A DNA stretch of 63,805 bases, counting the filler, from Octopus bimaculoides (lineage: Eukaryota), in assembly GCF_001194135.2 (NCBI RefSeq). It is 7 parts of 6 records of this genome, joined end to end, with 100 filler letters (N's around TTAATTAATTAA, not from the genome) between each part and the next. Parts side by side here need not be neighbours in the genome. Positions count along the whole stretch, not along the records: positions 27,667 to 41,318 come from NC_068988.1; positions 41,419 to 53,921 come from NC_068985.1; 5 more parts are not named here. The stretch is one strand, 5' to 3'. The notes under the pieces were generated by a model. It was not told the origin of the DNA, did not search any database, and was given only the letters and a program-made list of their open reading frames with translations. Position 1 is the first letter of the stretch. Every line of letters begins with the position of its first letter. Position numbers and translations under genes: made by a program. Below are positions 40,180-52,136 of the stretch, piece by piece.

Positions 40180-40723
40180 TATTGAGTGAGAGAGCAGTGT
40201 ATGCCATCAAAGTGAGACTGGGGTAAAATATACGAAGTCCAATATATCCATCATGACTACCCGTCTGATAAGGATACACCAGGCATATGCATCACAACCG
40301 TATATGCGTGACATGGTAATCTCATATTAAGATAAACAGCGCATGACTTAGCTGTTAGAATTTTCTTCAGGTCGAGTAGCCCATCTCACTCAAAAGGTCT
40401 CTGAATAAGGGTTTAAGCATGATGAACGAAACACCCATGTTTCTAGAGGGGGATTATTCAAACCGTGAAGGATTCTTCTCAACACGTGGCTATGGCGCTC
40501 CCCTATTACTTCTATTCGTGATCAGAGATGCACATATCGTCAGCCATTAAGGGACATGCTCAACTGGTGAAGGTCAAGCAACTGACAAGCAAAGCCGTGT
40601 CATTGAACAGAGTATTTGCTGTAGCACATCTTTTATATCAAGACAAATCATGTACATGATAACAATTCCAATCAGTTAAGATCAGAAGCAATGAGAGCCA
40701 GTGCCTGGTACTGCATCAAGGCA
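40180..40723 (-). repeat. Unclassified non-coding interspersed repeat (family C); second copy at 23835-24225
   Basis: The two copies are clearly homologous (gagagagcagtg...tcaaagtga; aaaggtc...gaataaggg; gggacatgctcaactgg). Both end, on the minus strand, in an AAT-type tail. Confidence 0.8.
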
Positions 40724-40981
40724 TTTATTATTATTACTTATATTATCGACCCCGAAAAGAATGAAGAGAGATAGAGCGAGATACACATATGAAAGGCAAA
40801 TGTTACCTCGGGGGCGTTTGCACCCAAAACGTAAACAATGCCGTTAAGCATTGTGTCCGGCGTGCTAACAATTCTGCCAACTCGGTGCCCTTACCAAGCT
40901 ATGATATAATATAGGTAACCTATGCAGTAGATATAAAAACGGCAAATTTAACTATTTCTCTGCAGATTGAAAAAACAGATG

Positions 40982-41031
40982 GACAGCTTTAATCGATTTT
41001 CGAATCTCATTGGCTTCTCATCAGAGGTGTC
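40982..41031 (-). ncRNA. Minimal type I hammerhead ribozyme motif
   Basis: Minus strand reads GACACCU CUGAUGA GAA gccaaugaga UUC GAAA A UCGA U UA AAGCUGUC. It has a canonical core, a 3-bp stem II, a palindromic stem III (AAUCGAUU), a UUA cleavage triplet and an imperfect stem I. Confidence 0.7.
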
Positions 41032-41418
41032 TACCTCACTTTACATTCTACGTCACGAATCATATTCTTTTATTCTTTTATTTGTTTCTGTCATTTGACT
41101 GCGGCCATGCTGGAGCACCGCCTTTAGTCGAACAAATCGATCCCGGGACTTATTCTTTGTAAGCCTAGTACTTATTCTATCGGGCTCTTTTGCCGAACCG
41201 GTAAATTACGAGGGACGTAAACACACCAACATCGGTTGCCAAGCAATTGTGCGGGGTGGTGGTAGGGGACAAAAAAAACACACACACACACACAGGCTTC
41301 TTTCAGTTTCCGTCTACCNNNNNNNNNNNNNNNNNNNNNNNNNNNNNNNNNNNNNNNNNNNNTTAATTAATTAANNNNNNNNNNNNNNNNNNNNNNNNNN
41401 NNNNNNNNNNNNNNNNNN

Positions 41419-41730
41419 TTTTATGTATTGGGAAAGGGTGTTTCCAAAGGTGGATAAAGATTCCTGGTATATTATTATTTCCAAGTAACCCATTGTTAGG
41501 TTCGCAATGACTGGAGGTGCCCTAGTGCCCATAGCAATTCCGGATTTTTGTCGGTAGAAAGTATTGTCAAACATGAAGTGGTTGTTTCGTAAGATGAATT
41601 CAACCGATTTAGTAATGAATTCTTTACTGATCCTGTTTGGGATTTCTTTCGGGAATTGATCCAGCCAGAATTGAATTGCCTCAAGTCCATAATTATGAGG
41701 TATACTGGTGTATAAATTAATCACGTCAAA
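41419..41730 (-). mobile_element. Penelope-like element RT core fragment (Neptune-like motifs), uninterrupted frame
   Basis: [12 protein letters not shown]...[39 protein letters not shown]. No stops up to the gap at 41418. Confidence 0.9.
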
Positions 41731-41835
41731 TGGTATATATATATATATATACGTACATACATACACATGTATATATATATATACATGTATATATATATAT
41801 GTGCATATATATATACATACATATATACATGTATC

Positions 41836-41925
<90 letters not shown>

Positions 41926-41989
41926 CACACACACATATATATATACATACATCCATCCATCCATCCATACATACATACATACATACATA

Positions 41990-42865
41990 CAAGGTGCTAT
42001 TGGTAAATTGTCGCCATTGTATATTTTTTATTTCGCGCATGTGCATTCTCTGTTTTTGATTTTTCCGACTACACAGTATAGTAGGGTTAGCTGGGCACCG
42101 TTTGTGAGAAAAACAGCACCATGACGCAATTCACTCCATCAGAAATTTGGAAACAACATACTGTACTACCTGGCATTTGCGCCGGAAGCTCCAATACGAA
42201 GAGATGGTGAACACACAGAATAACCGTTGGCTTGCCGTGTCCCCAAAACATATACCGAGAGTGATAAAAATCAGACATTCAGTTAACATCATAGTATTTG
42301 GAGTGATCACTACTGATGGCAACGCTATGCCTCCATTCATCTTCCCACACGGCCTCACCACACTCAAGACGGTGGCCTACATCAAGTTCCTGGAGGAAGT
42401 AGTACTGCCCTGGGTCAAGAGAATGGCTGCTGGAACACTCTATGTCTGACAACAAGACTCTGCACCATGCCACACAAGCAGGAGAACCCAGTCAGACAAT
42501 TTCTGTACATCACCCCTAACATCTGGCTACATAACAGACTGCAAACCCTTTGATTATTATGTGTGGGGCACAGTTGAGCGAGAGACCAACAAAATCCCTT
42601 GTAACACCAAAGATGAACTGAAGACAAGGATTATGGCAGCATTCACCAACTTAAACATGGAGGCCGACGAGAAGAGTTGCAGGAGATTCTGAAGTCATCT
42701 GGAGGCTGTGGTTGAAGCCAATGGCGATTTTATTGAATAAATTTACTCTTTAGTATTTCAAGATATTTTTATGTAATTTTGGTAAAGATATCTGTTAGAA
42801 TGAGATGTCAGTGTTATATTCATTTTTGCGTAATTCAGACGACAGTATATATTCACCACACCTTT
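41990..42865 (+). mobile_element. Internally deleted mariner-family (maT/DD37D-like) transposon
   Basis: Degenerate TIRs (ta|caaggtg...ttgtcg and cgacag...caccttt). Transposase remnant IVFGVITTDG, QQDSAPCHTS, DCKPFDYYVWG, RF*SHLEAVVEANGDFIE. Confidence 0.88.
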
Positions 42866-43850
42866 ATCAGCTTTACCTACCACTAGGTATTGATCGACCT
42901 GGGGTTGTAGTAGAAATCCTTTTCCCAAAGTGCCACGCAGTAGAAATGAATCCGAAATCTTATTGTTGCAAACCAAATTCCTGAAATCCACGGACATACC
43001 AGCGCTGTGTTGAGGAATTTGATATTATTCCACCCAAATGCTTAAAAACGAAGGAGAATTAAATGAGAAAGAATCTGGCATTTTGGGAGTTAGAAATAGA
43101 TAGATGCAGTCAGATGGGACGCGTTTCTATTACCAATTTATATATTATTTTTCTGAAGTTACTCAGCAAACGAAGAAGTAAACATAAAACTAGATTATTT
43201 ATAATAAATCAAGCAAAATGAGTTTAATGTTTCTGTAGACTAGAATTGACAGTGATTGATATAAACAACATATATAACGATATTGCAACAGCCAAAGAAA
43301 AGCTAAAAAAAAAAGAAAAAAAAAGCCAAGACTTGTCTTATACAAATGAAGAATAAAACAAAAAACAAAAATAAAAAGCAAAAAATAAAACAGAAAACAC
43401 CCCTCCCCCACGATAAACCGAAACAAGTAGAAACGTATTTAAGCCCGGCGACAAAGAAAATACGTCTTATATATGCTGCTTTGATATGTTGCGGTAGGTT
43501 CGAACATGAATGTGTTAACCGCTGCTGTATTTTATCTTCGGAGATCAAATTCTCCCTCCAGAGAATGTGTGTTCATAATACACTCAATTTATAAGGCGGC
43601 GAGCTGGCAGAAACGTTAGCACGCCGGGTGAAATGCTTAGCGGTATTTCGTCTGTCTTTACATTCTGAGTTCAAATTCCGCCGAGGTCGACTTTGCCTTT
43701 CATCCTTTCGGGGTCGATAAATTAAGTACCACTTGCGCATTAGGGTCGATCTACTCGACTGCCCCCTCCCCCAAAATTTCGGCCCTTGTGCCTAGAGTAG
43801 AAAAGAATACACTCAACACACACACAGAAATAGATGCATAGGCATGTGAG

Positions 43851-43896
<46 letters not shown>

Positions 43897-44855
43897 CATA
43901 CATACACACGCATAAATATACATATATATATATACGTGTGTGTGGGTGTCTGACTGCCTATTTTTGCCTCCTTTCCACCACTTGATACCCGGTGTTGGTG
44001 TATTTACGTCCTCGTTATATAACGGTTCGGCAAAAGAGGCCGATAAAATAATTACTGGTATCGATTCGCTTGGCTAATATTCTTTAAGTCGGTACTCCAT
44101 AATGGCTGCAGTCTAATGAATGAAAGAAGGAAAAGATGAAAAATGAAAGATAACACTACTTTAGGTATTGAGTACTTCTTCCAGAAACGATTTGTAATCC
44201 AGCATGTCCATATTTCTTTAAGGATGTTAATATATAATTTGAAAGAAGTGGGTGGGCTGGCAGAATCGTTAGCACGCCGAACGGGATGATTAGCAGCTTA
44301 ACATTTCGTCCGTCATTTCGCTGTGAGTTCAAATTCTACCGAGGTTGGCTTCACCATTTAATTTTTTCGGGGTCGATAAAATAAGTGCCAGTTGAGTACT
44401 GAGGTCGATCTAATCAAGTTACCACCGCCCCAAAACTGCTGGCCTTGTTCCAACATTTAAAACCAGTATGTGGTTTGAAAGAAACCTGGCTGCTATTTCT
44501 AGACGGCGGAGTGATCTACGCAGTGGTTTCCTTGTTATCTCGCGTCGCCACAGCTTTTTGTGTCTGTTCTATTAAGGACATATGACAGGAGAGAGTGGGA
44601 GAGAGAGAGGAATAGAAAGAGGGAGAGAGGGAAATTGAGATCCATTCTAAAGGAGTGGTGTATCGCTGAGGGCTGATGTGTCTGTATGTCAGCCATATAT
44701 GGCCCCATGGTGTGTTGATCAACGATCTGTATCCCTGGGGAAAGAACACAGTTCCGGCACCCCATCGGGATAATGATATCGGCTGATGATGATGCCGTTG
44801 CCATGCTTTCATTTACCATTTTGTACACCCCCATATATCGCTGTCTTTATACGCG

Positions 44856-44931
<76 letters not shown>

Positions 44932-45632
44932 CACATATATATATATACATATATACGAACGGACATACGTGCGTATATAACATCCCTGTATTCATAAGCA
45001 CATATACGAACGTACATATATATTTATACGCACTCACACAGATACACGCACACATACGAACTCACATACACACACACATGCACAAATGTATATGTAGACG
45101 TAGGAGTGGCTATGAGGTAAGACGTTTCCTTCCCGATCATATGGTTCCAGGTTCAGTCCCACTGTGAGTCACCTTGGGCAAGTGTCTTCTAATATAGTCC
45201 CGGCCGACCAAACACTTCCGAGTAGATTTAGTACACGGAAACTGAAAGAAGCCCGTTCTATATGAACATATATATCTATATGCTTGTCTTTTTTAGTATG
45301 TTTGTAATCACTACCGCTTGGCAACCGGTCTTGGTTTGCTTATGTCCCCGTAACCTAGCAGCTCGGCAGAAGAACCGGGCTTAAAAATGTACTGATGTTG
45401 ATATGTTCGACTAAAAACTCTTCGAGGCGGTGCTCCAGCATGGCCACAGGCTAATTAAGGGAAGAAGCAAAAGATAAAGTTGTACATGTATACATACGCT
45501 TTACTCTTTTTCTTGTTTCTGTCATTTGACTGCGGCCATACTGGAGCACCGTCTTTAGTCGAGCAAATCGGCCCCAGGACTTATTATTTGTAAGCCTAGT
45601 ACTTATTTTATCGGTCCGAGATTAGTCTAGAC

Positions 45633-45964
45633 TAGTGGGTCTCAACCGGGGTCCACATGGCTCCTGGGAGCCCATATAAGATTTTTGGTGGGGTCCACGC
45701 ATAAAATAATAAATTGGGGATCCACAATGGTATTTTAAGGGCCTCTAAAAATTTTGCTTTAGATGTATGTATTGGTATGTATTGCAAGAAACAATTAGGT
45801 TTTTTCTCTAACATTTTACATAGTTTAACCTACACAAGTTAATGTGTGAAAAACAAAATAGAAATTTTGAAAGAAGTTTCTATAAAACTAGATTTTAAAC
45901 ATTGAATGGCTCTAGGGGTCCACCAGAATAAAATAGTAATCAAAGAGGTCCAAAAGAACTCCTG
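45633..45964. mobile_element. hAT (Charlie-type) MITE
   Basis: Starts TAGTGGGTCTCAACC and ends GAACTCCTG. The 8-bp TSD gtctagac/gtctagat matches the NTCTAGAN target preference. Confidence 0.85.
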
Positions 45965-46039
45965 GTCTAGATGAAGCTGTTCTATATTTTTTCGTTCCTT
46001 GTCTGAATTTTGCTAAGATACAGTGTTATGTTGAACAGC

Positions 46040-46260
46040 TCTTAGGGGATGAAGGATGGATCCAGCTGTCAACCATGTCTCTCATAAAGATAGACCCATT
46101 GCCAACAGAGAAGAAAACTGCCTGCCTGGTTTTGGCAAAATAAGGGACAGGGAGTTTTCTATCTCGGTTGTGTATCCAGAAGGACAGTATTTTGGACATG
46201 CAGAGGCTTAAGGACACAGCTAGATCTTCTGACTAATCTCATTAATATAACATGTCGTGA
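46040..46260 (-). mobile_element. Degenerate L1/Tx1-like RT fragment
   Basis: SLCMSKILSFWIHNR...QAVF..G..SIFMRDMVD resembles RT domains 1-2 (ISLLxxDYKILSK..ANRL...QxGFxxGRSI...LRD). Confidence 0.45.
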
Positions 46261-46304
46261 TAGATGAGAACGAGAGAGAAGAAAGAAAGAAAGACAGAAA
46301 GGAA

Positions 46305-46347
<43 letters not shown>

Positions 46348-46742
46348 GTTTCTCCGAAGCAAAGTCGATGAAAGATGGCGTTAAGTGGCGAAATGAATGT
46401 TCTGAGACAGCTGTACTTTGGATTCTGGTTGTAGGTTGTAACTGCGATAGCACAAGAATGGTCACGGGAGGAAGAGGATCGGAGTGGTAGAACGCCCCTG
46501 ATCCTCCCAAAACGGCAGTTCCTTAACCATTTTGTTCGGCAGTTCCTCAGCCATTTTGGCTGTTTTCGTTCCTATTTTTATATTCAATTTAAAGCATGTT
46601 TTTCATGTTGTATTGCATTTTCGCTCAGTCCTCATTTCATTGTATATATATACACCCTCTTATTTGTAATTGCAACCATTTTGTAGAATATATCTTGTGT
46701 GTATATATATATCCGCGTAAGTCCTTAGTGACCAACAAAACC

Positions 46743-46812
<70 letters not shown>

Positions 46813-46881
46813 ATCATCAATATTATTACTGCAATTGTTATTGCTATCATCATCATCATCATCATCATCATCATTATTATC

Positions 46882-46931
<50 letters not shown>

Positions 46932-49900
46932 AAGTAGTAGTATCGAGAAAGACGACTATTGCAAATTTTCTGTTTTAGTTTGATGCCTATTTCCTCTGCG
47001 TCTTTTTTTTTTTCTGTTTGTTACTTATTAACGAATTCAACAGCGGAACTGGTTTGGGTTTAATAAATATTTACAGGAAATGTGAAAATAAATAAAATAG
47101 CTGAAACCAATGAAAAAATGCGCCAAATTTTCAAAATTCTTCAACTTTATGATTCGACTTAAAAGCAGGATGTCCAATTAACACTATAGCCTAGAATTCT
47201 TTCTTAAATGGTTGTTTTTTTGTGTGGAACAAAGAATTTTAATTTAATTTCTAATTTTTTTCGCTTCTTTGGACTGCGGCCATGCTGGGGCACCGCTTTG
47301 AAGTAGTTAGCCGAATAAATCGACCTGAATACTTATGTTTTCATGTTTTTCATTTTTTAAAGTCTGGTACTTATTATACCGGTCTCCTTCTTGCTAAGTT
47401 ACAAGGACGTAAACAAAACAACGCCGGTTGTCAAGTGGTGGTAGTGGACCAACAAAAAGACGCACACGCTCATCGCGTGCGCACGTACACACACGCACGC
47501 ACTCGTACACACACACGCACGCACTCGTACACACACACACACACACGCACTCGTACACACACACGCACGCACTCGTACACACACACGCACACATTTATCA
47601 CCAGACAGTTCGATGAAGGCTAGAAGGTTGAAACTTCGAAGTCACTGCCACCACTCATCTTGTAGAGATTCTAATAAATATGAACTCTAGAAAAAGTATT
47701 GAATAATTCTTCAGATATATGTAAAATTGCTTTCAGTATAACTCGACAGAGAAACAACCATATATATATATATATACATACACATATATATATATATGAA
47801 TAAAAATAAAAAAATATAAAAAAGGGTTTTGGATGATCGTGTATAGAGGAATATATTATTTAAAAGAGTTCCCACTCTGTCTGTTTTTTATGTTTTATTT
47901 ATATTCTTATAAAACTAATGTGGGATATAGAATATGGAATATATAATATAAATAGTAAAATGAAATGAAGTATTGAATGTCTTACTGAATATATGAAATA
48001 TTGAGTATTGAATATAGAGTATTAAATATATAAGGACAAGTATACTCTCCTGCCCCATGGCATTCATTAAGGTTCCGTCTGACAGATGTACTGTAGCAGA
48101 CTGGCTGTTCTTTTGTCTTTTATACATATTTCTTTGGACAGCAGCAGTAGGTGTTTGGCTATTTTTACAGATGACGCCAAGTCTGTTTTTAGAAATGATG
48201 ACATTTAAGAGATTTTTTGTGTTTTAGTGATAGGGATACGATTTTTAAACCCCGAGTAAGATTAATTTAATCATTGTTTGTTAAGAGTGGGTTTAGTATT
48301 AGTATTACTAAACCAGAAATCGGACATTCTAGAATTAACCTCAACATTTTATTACATCACTTTTATCCATTTGCTTGCCTTCAGCCTTGGAATGTAATTT
48401 GAAGTGGGTTTTAGAGTCTTTTGACGTCTCTCTCTAGCGTTTAAGTGTTGTTTCTCAGTCCCCTTAATTATAATTATAGCCATATTATATATGTATGTAC
48501 TTTTATTCTTTTATTTGACTGCGACTATGTTGGAGCACAGCCTTTATATATATATATATACATATATACGACGGGCTTCTTTCAGTTTCCGTCTACCAAA
48601 TCCACTCACAAGGCTTTGGTCGGCCNNNNNNNNNNNNNNNNNNNNNNNNNNNNNNNNNNNNNNNNNNNNNNNNNNNNNNNNNNNNNNNNNNNNNNNNNNN
48701 NNNNNNNNNNNNNNNNNNNNNNNNNNNNNNNNNNNNNNNNNNNNNNNNNNNNNNNNNNNNNNNNNNNNNNNNNNNNNNNNNNNNNNNNNNNNNNNNNNNN
48801 NNNNNNNNNNNNNNNNNNNNNNNNNNNNNNNNNNNNNNNNNNNNNNNNNNNNNNNNNNNNNNNNNNNNNNNNNNNNNNNNNNNNNNNNNNNNNNNNNNNN
48901 NNNNNNNNNNNNNNNNNNNNNNNNNNNNNNNNNNNNNNNNNNNNNNNNNNNNNNNNNNNNNNNNNNNNNNNNNNNNNNNNNNNNNNNNNNNNNNNNNNNN
49001 NNNNNNNNNNNNNNNNNNNNNNNNNNNNNNNNNACGGGCTTCGTTCAGTTTCCGTCTACCAAATCCACTCACAAGGCTTTGGTCGGCCCGAGGCTATAGT
49101 AGATGACACTTGCCCAAGGTGCCACGCAGTGGGAATGAACCCAGAACCATGTGGTTGGTAAGCAAGCTACTTACCACACAGCCACATACATACATACATA
49201 CGTGACGCGCTTCCATACAATTTTCGTCTATCAGATTCACTTACGAGGTATTGGTCGGCGGCCCGGGGTTATAGTAGAAGACATTTCCGGAAGGAGTTGC
49301 GCGCACAGTGAGACTGCACCCGAAACAACATTGTACTCGGCCTCACAGTTGTGCTCGACTTGCTAGAAATAACAGTCCGATATTCCTCAAATTAGAAGGA
49401 CACATTGGATAATGTAATCCTAGAGCCACTGGGCTTGTAAGTCATTGCCGAAAAGGTTTCGATCCTAGGTTCGCTCCGTCTGGCTCTGCTAAACGCACGC
49501 AAGTATGAGAATATGGCTTATAACAGCTTACAGCCCTTAATATTGCTCATAAAGAAATGTCTCTGTTAAGTTATTTTCCGTATCTTCCACTGTTTATATA
49601 TATATATATATATNNNNNNNNNNNNNNNNNNNNNNNNNNNNNNNNNNNNNNNNNNNNNNNNNNNNNNNNNNNNNNNNNNNNNNNNNNNNNNNNNNNNNNN
49701 NNNNNNNNNNNNNNNNNNNNNNNNNNNNNNNNNNNNNNNNNNNNNNNNNNNNNNNNNNNNNNNNNNNNNNNNNNNNNNNNNNNNNNNNNNNNNNNNNNNN
49801 NNNNNNNNNNNNNNNNNNNNNNNNNNNNNNNNNNNNNNNNNNNNNNNNNNNNNNNNNNNNNNNNNNNNNNNNNNNNNNNNNNNNNNNNNNNNNNNNNNNN

Positions 49901-51157
49901 NNNNNNNNNNNNNNNNNNNNNNNNNNNNNNNNNNNNNNNNNNNNNNNNNNNNNNNNNNNNNNNNNNNNNNNNNNNNNNNNNNNNNNNNNNNNNNNNNNNN
50001 NNNNNNNNNNNNNNNNNNNNNNNNNNNNNNNNNNNNNNNNNNNNNNNNNNNNNNNNNNNNNNNNNNNNNNNNNNNNNNNNNNNNNNNNNNNNNNNNNNNN
50101 NNNNNNNNNNNNNNNNNNNNNNNNNNNNNNNNNNNNNNNNNNNNNNNNNNNNNNNNNNNNNNNNNNNNNNNNNNNNNNNNNNNNNNNNNNNNNNNNNNNN
50201 NNNNNNNNNNNNNNNNNNNNNNNNNNNNNNNNNNNNNNNNNNNNNNNNNNNNNNNNNNNNNNNNNNNNNNNNNNNNNNNNNNNNNNNNNNNNNNNNNNNN
50301 NNTTATACATATAAATATATGTGTGCATGTATATATATTCATACAGGCATACGTACATATATCAGAATATTCATATATACATTGATATACCTACAAACAT
50401 ACATACATACATACATACGTATATCTATATCTATCTCTCTCTCTCTATATATATGCATGTATATATATATATGTGTGTGTGTGTATGTGTGTGTATATGT
50501 ATGTGTGTGTATATGTATGTGCGTGTATATATATATGCGTTTGTGTGTGTGTGTGTGTGTGTGTACAGGGCTTTGCTATGATACATTTTTGGTTAAAGAT
50601 AAGAAAATCGCATTTGTTTTCATTTCTTTTCTTTTCAACACAGATACTAATCATGACAGTACGGCAACAGTCTTTGAGAAGGAACCATAAAAGCACAATT
50701 ACCATTATTAAAATGTGTGGGAAGAAATTTCACATAGCGACACATGTGGCGATTGAATGTAGCAAAGTGGTCCTCGAGGAATAAGCGAGACGCCATGATA
50801 ATATTGTTAGGGTCCAGGGAGACTTCTGGGAGATCTTTAATCTAAAGTAAGTTAGGGAACTGCATAAACATTAGAGGTCAACAATTAATTCTAATGATAT
50901 ATANNNNNNNNNNATATATATATATATATATATATTGTGAAAGGCTCACTGCAGCATTCAATTATAAAATGTTGTTCTAAGTTCAATTCCCGCCGTGGCC
51001 AATGTTACTATCAATTTCTCCTGTTGAATAAAATAAATACTCAGCAAAATATGATATACGCAAATATACGCAAACATGACAGAAGTAAATAGACACAGAT
51101 ATACGCAAACATGACAGAAGTAAATAGACACCCTTATAGTCATTAAAATTTATTTAA

Positions 51158-51572
51158 AGGCGTAGGAGTGGCTGTGGTGGTAAGTAGCTTGCTTATCAAC
51201 CACATGGTTTCGAGTTCAGTTTCACTGCACTGCGTGGCATCTTGGGCAAGTGTCTTCTATTGTAGCCTCGGGCCGACCAAAGCCTTGCGAGTGGATTTGT
51301 TAGACGGAAACTGAAAGAACCCCGTTGTATATATGTATATATATATATATATGTATGTGTGTGTATGTTTGTGTGTCTGTGTTTGTCCCCCACCCAACAT
51401 AGCTTGACAATTGGTGCTGGTGTGTTTACGTCCCCGTAACTTAGCGGTTCGGCAAAAGAGAACGATAGAATAAGTACTAGGCTTACAAAGAATAAGTCCG
51501 GGTCGATTTACTCGACGAAAGGTGGTGCTCCAGCATGGCCACAGTCAAATGACTGAAACAAGTAAAAGAGTA
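51158..51572 (+). mobile_element. tRNA-derived CORE-like SINE family B (full-length copy)
   Basis: Head ggcgtaggagtggctgtgg...gagttcagt, CORE-like gcatcttgggcaagtgtcttct, internal (TA/TG)n, second module, and aaaagagta tail. Another plus copy at about 45097-45478, with partial copies at 1333-1420, 20340-20530, 21950-22190 and 43880-44150. Confidence 0.9.
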
Positions 51573-51629
51573 AATCTAAAATTATGCATTCAGATTATTT
51601 ATTATTATAATGTGAATATCTAATATTAA

Positions 51630-51880
51630 CTAGACATGCCCTTTGCATTTTTCAATGCAAGGACCCTATTTCATGGAGTAATCTCAAAACATCTGGCTTT
51701 GAGGATGCTTTCTTGTTCTTTTTATGAAGTGTTCTGTCCATTATTCCCCCAGAGGTTTTCAATAAAGTTCATTTCTGGTGACTGGCTTGGCCATGAAAGC
51801 TTTTTAATGCTGTTGTTTTCCAGTCAATCTTGGGTCTTTTTAGCCGTGTGACAAGGAACCACATCTTCGATATCAAGGAT
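51630..51880 (-). mobile_element. Tc1 (DD34E) transposase fragment
   Basis: [39 protein letters not shown]. Confidence 0.8.
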
Positions 51881-52059
51881 TCTTTTGTTTTAATTTTCTG
51901 TTTCACCTTTAGTCCGCTGGATTAATAGGTGGATGCCATTTAAATACCAACTTGTATTTTGTCCATATTCAAAAATGTCCCGAAGTCTTCGGCATCTGTC
52001 AAGTCACAACAAGGACCTCAGACAGATAACACTTGAAGTTTCAGTGGGATTGAGCAGTG

Positions 52060-52136
<77 letters not shown>

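Noticed and set aside
51064-51131. 35-bp tandem duplication, plus similar short ones at 32822-32865 and 25545-25652
   Set aside because: Ordinary slippage duplications with no further structure.
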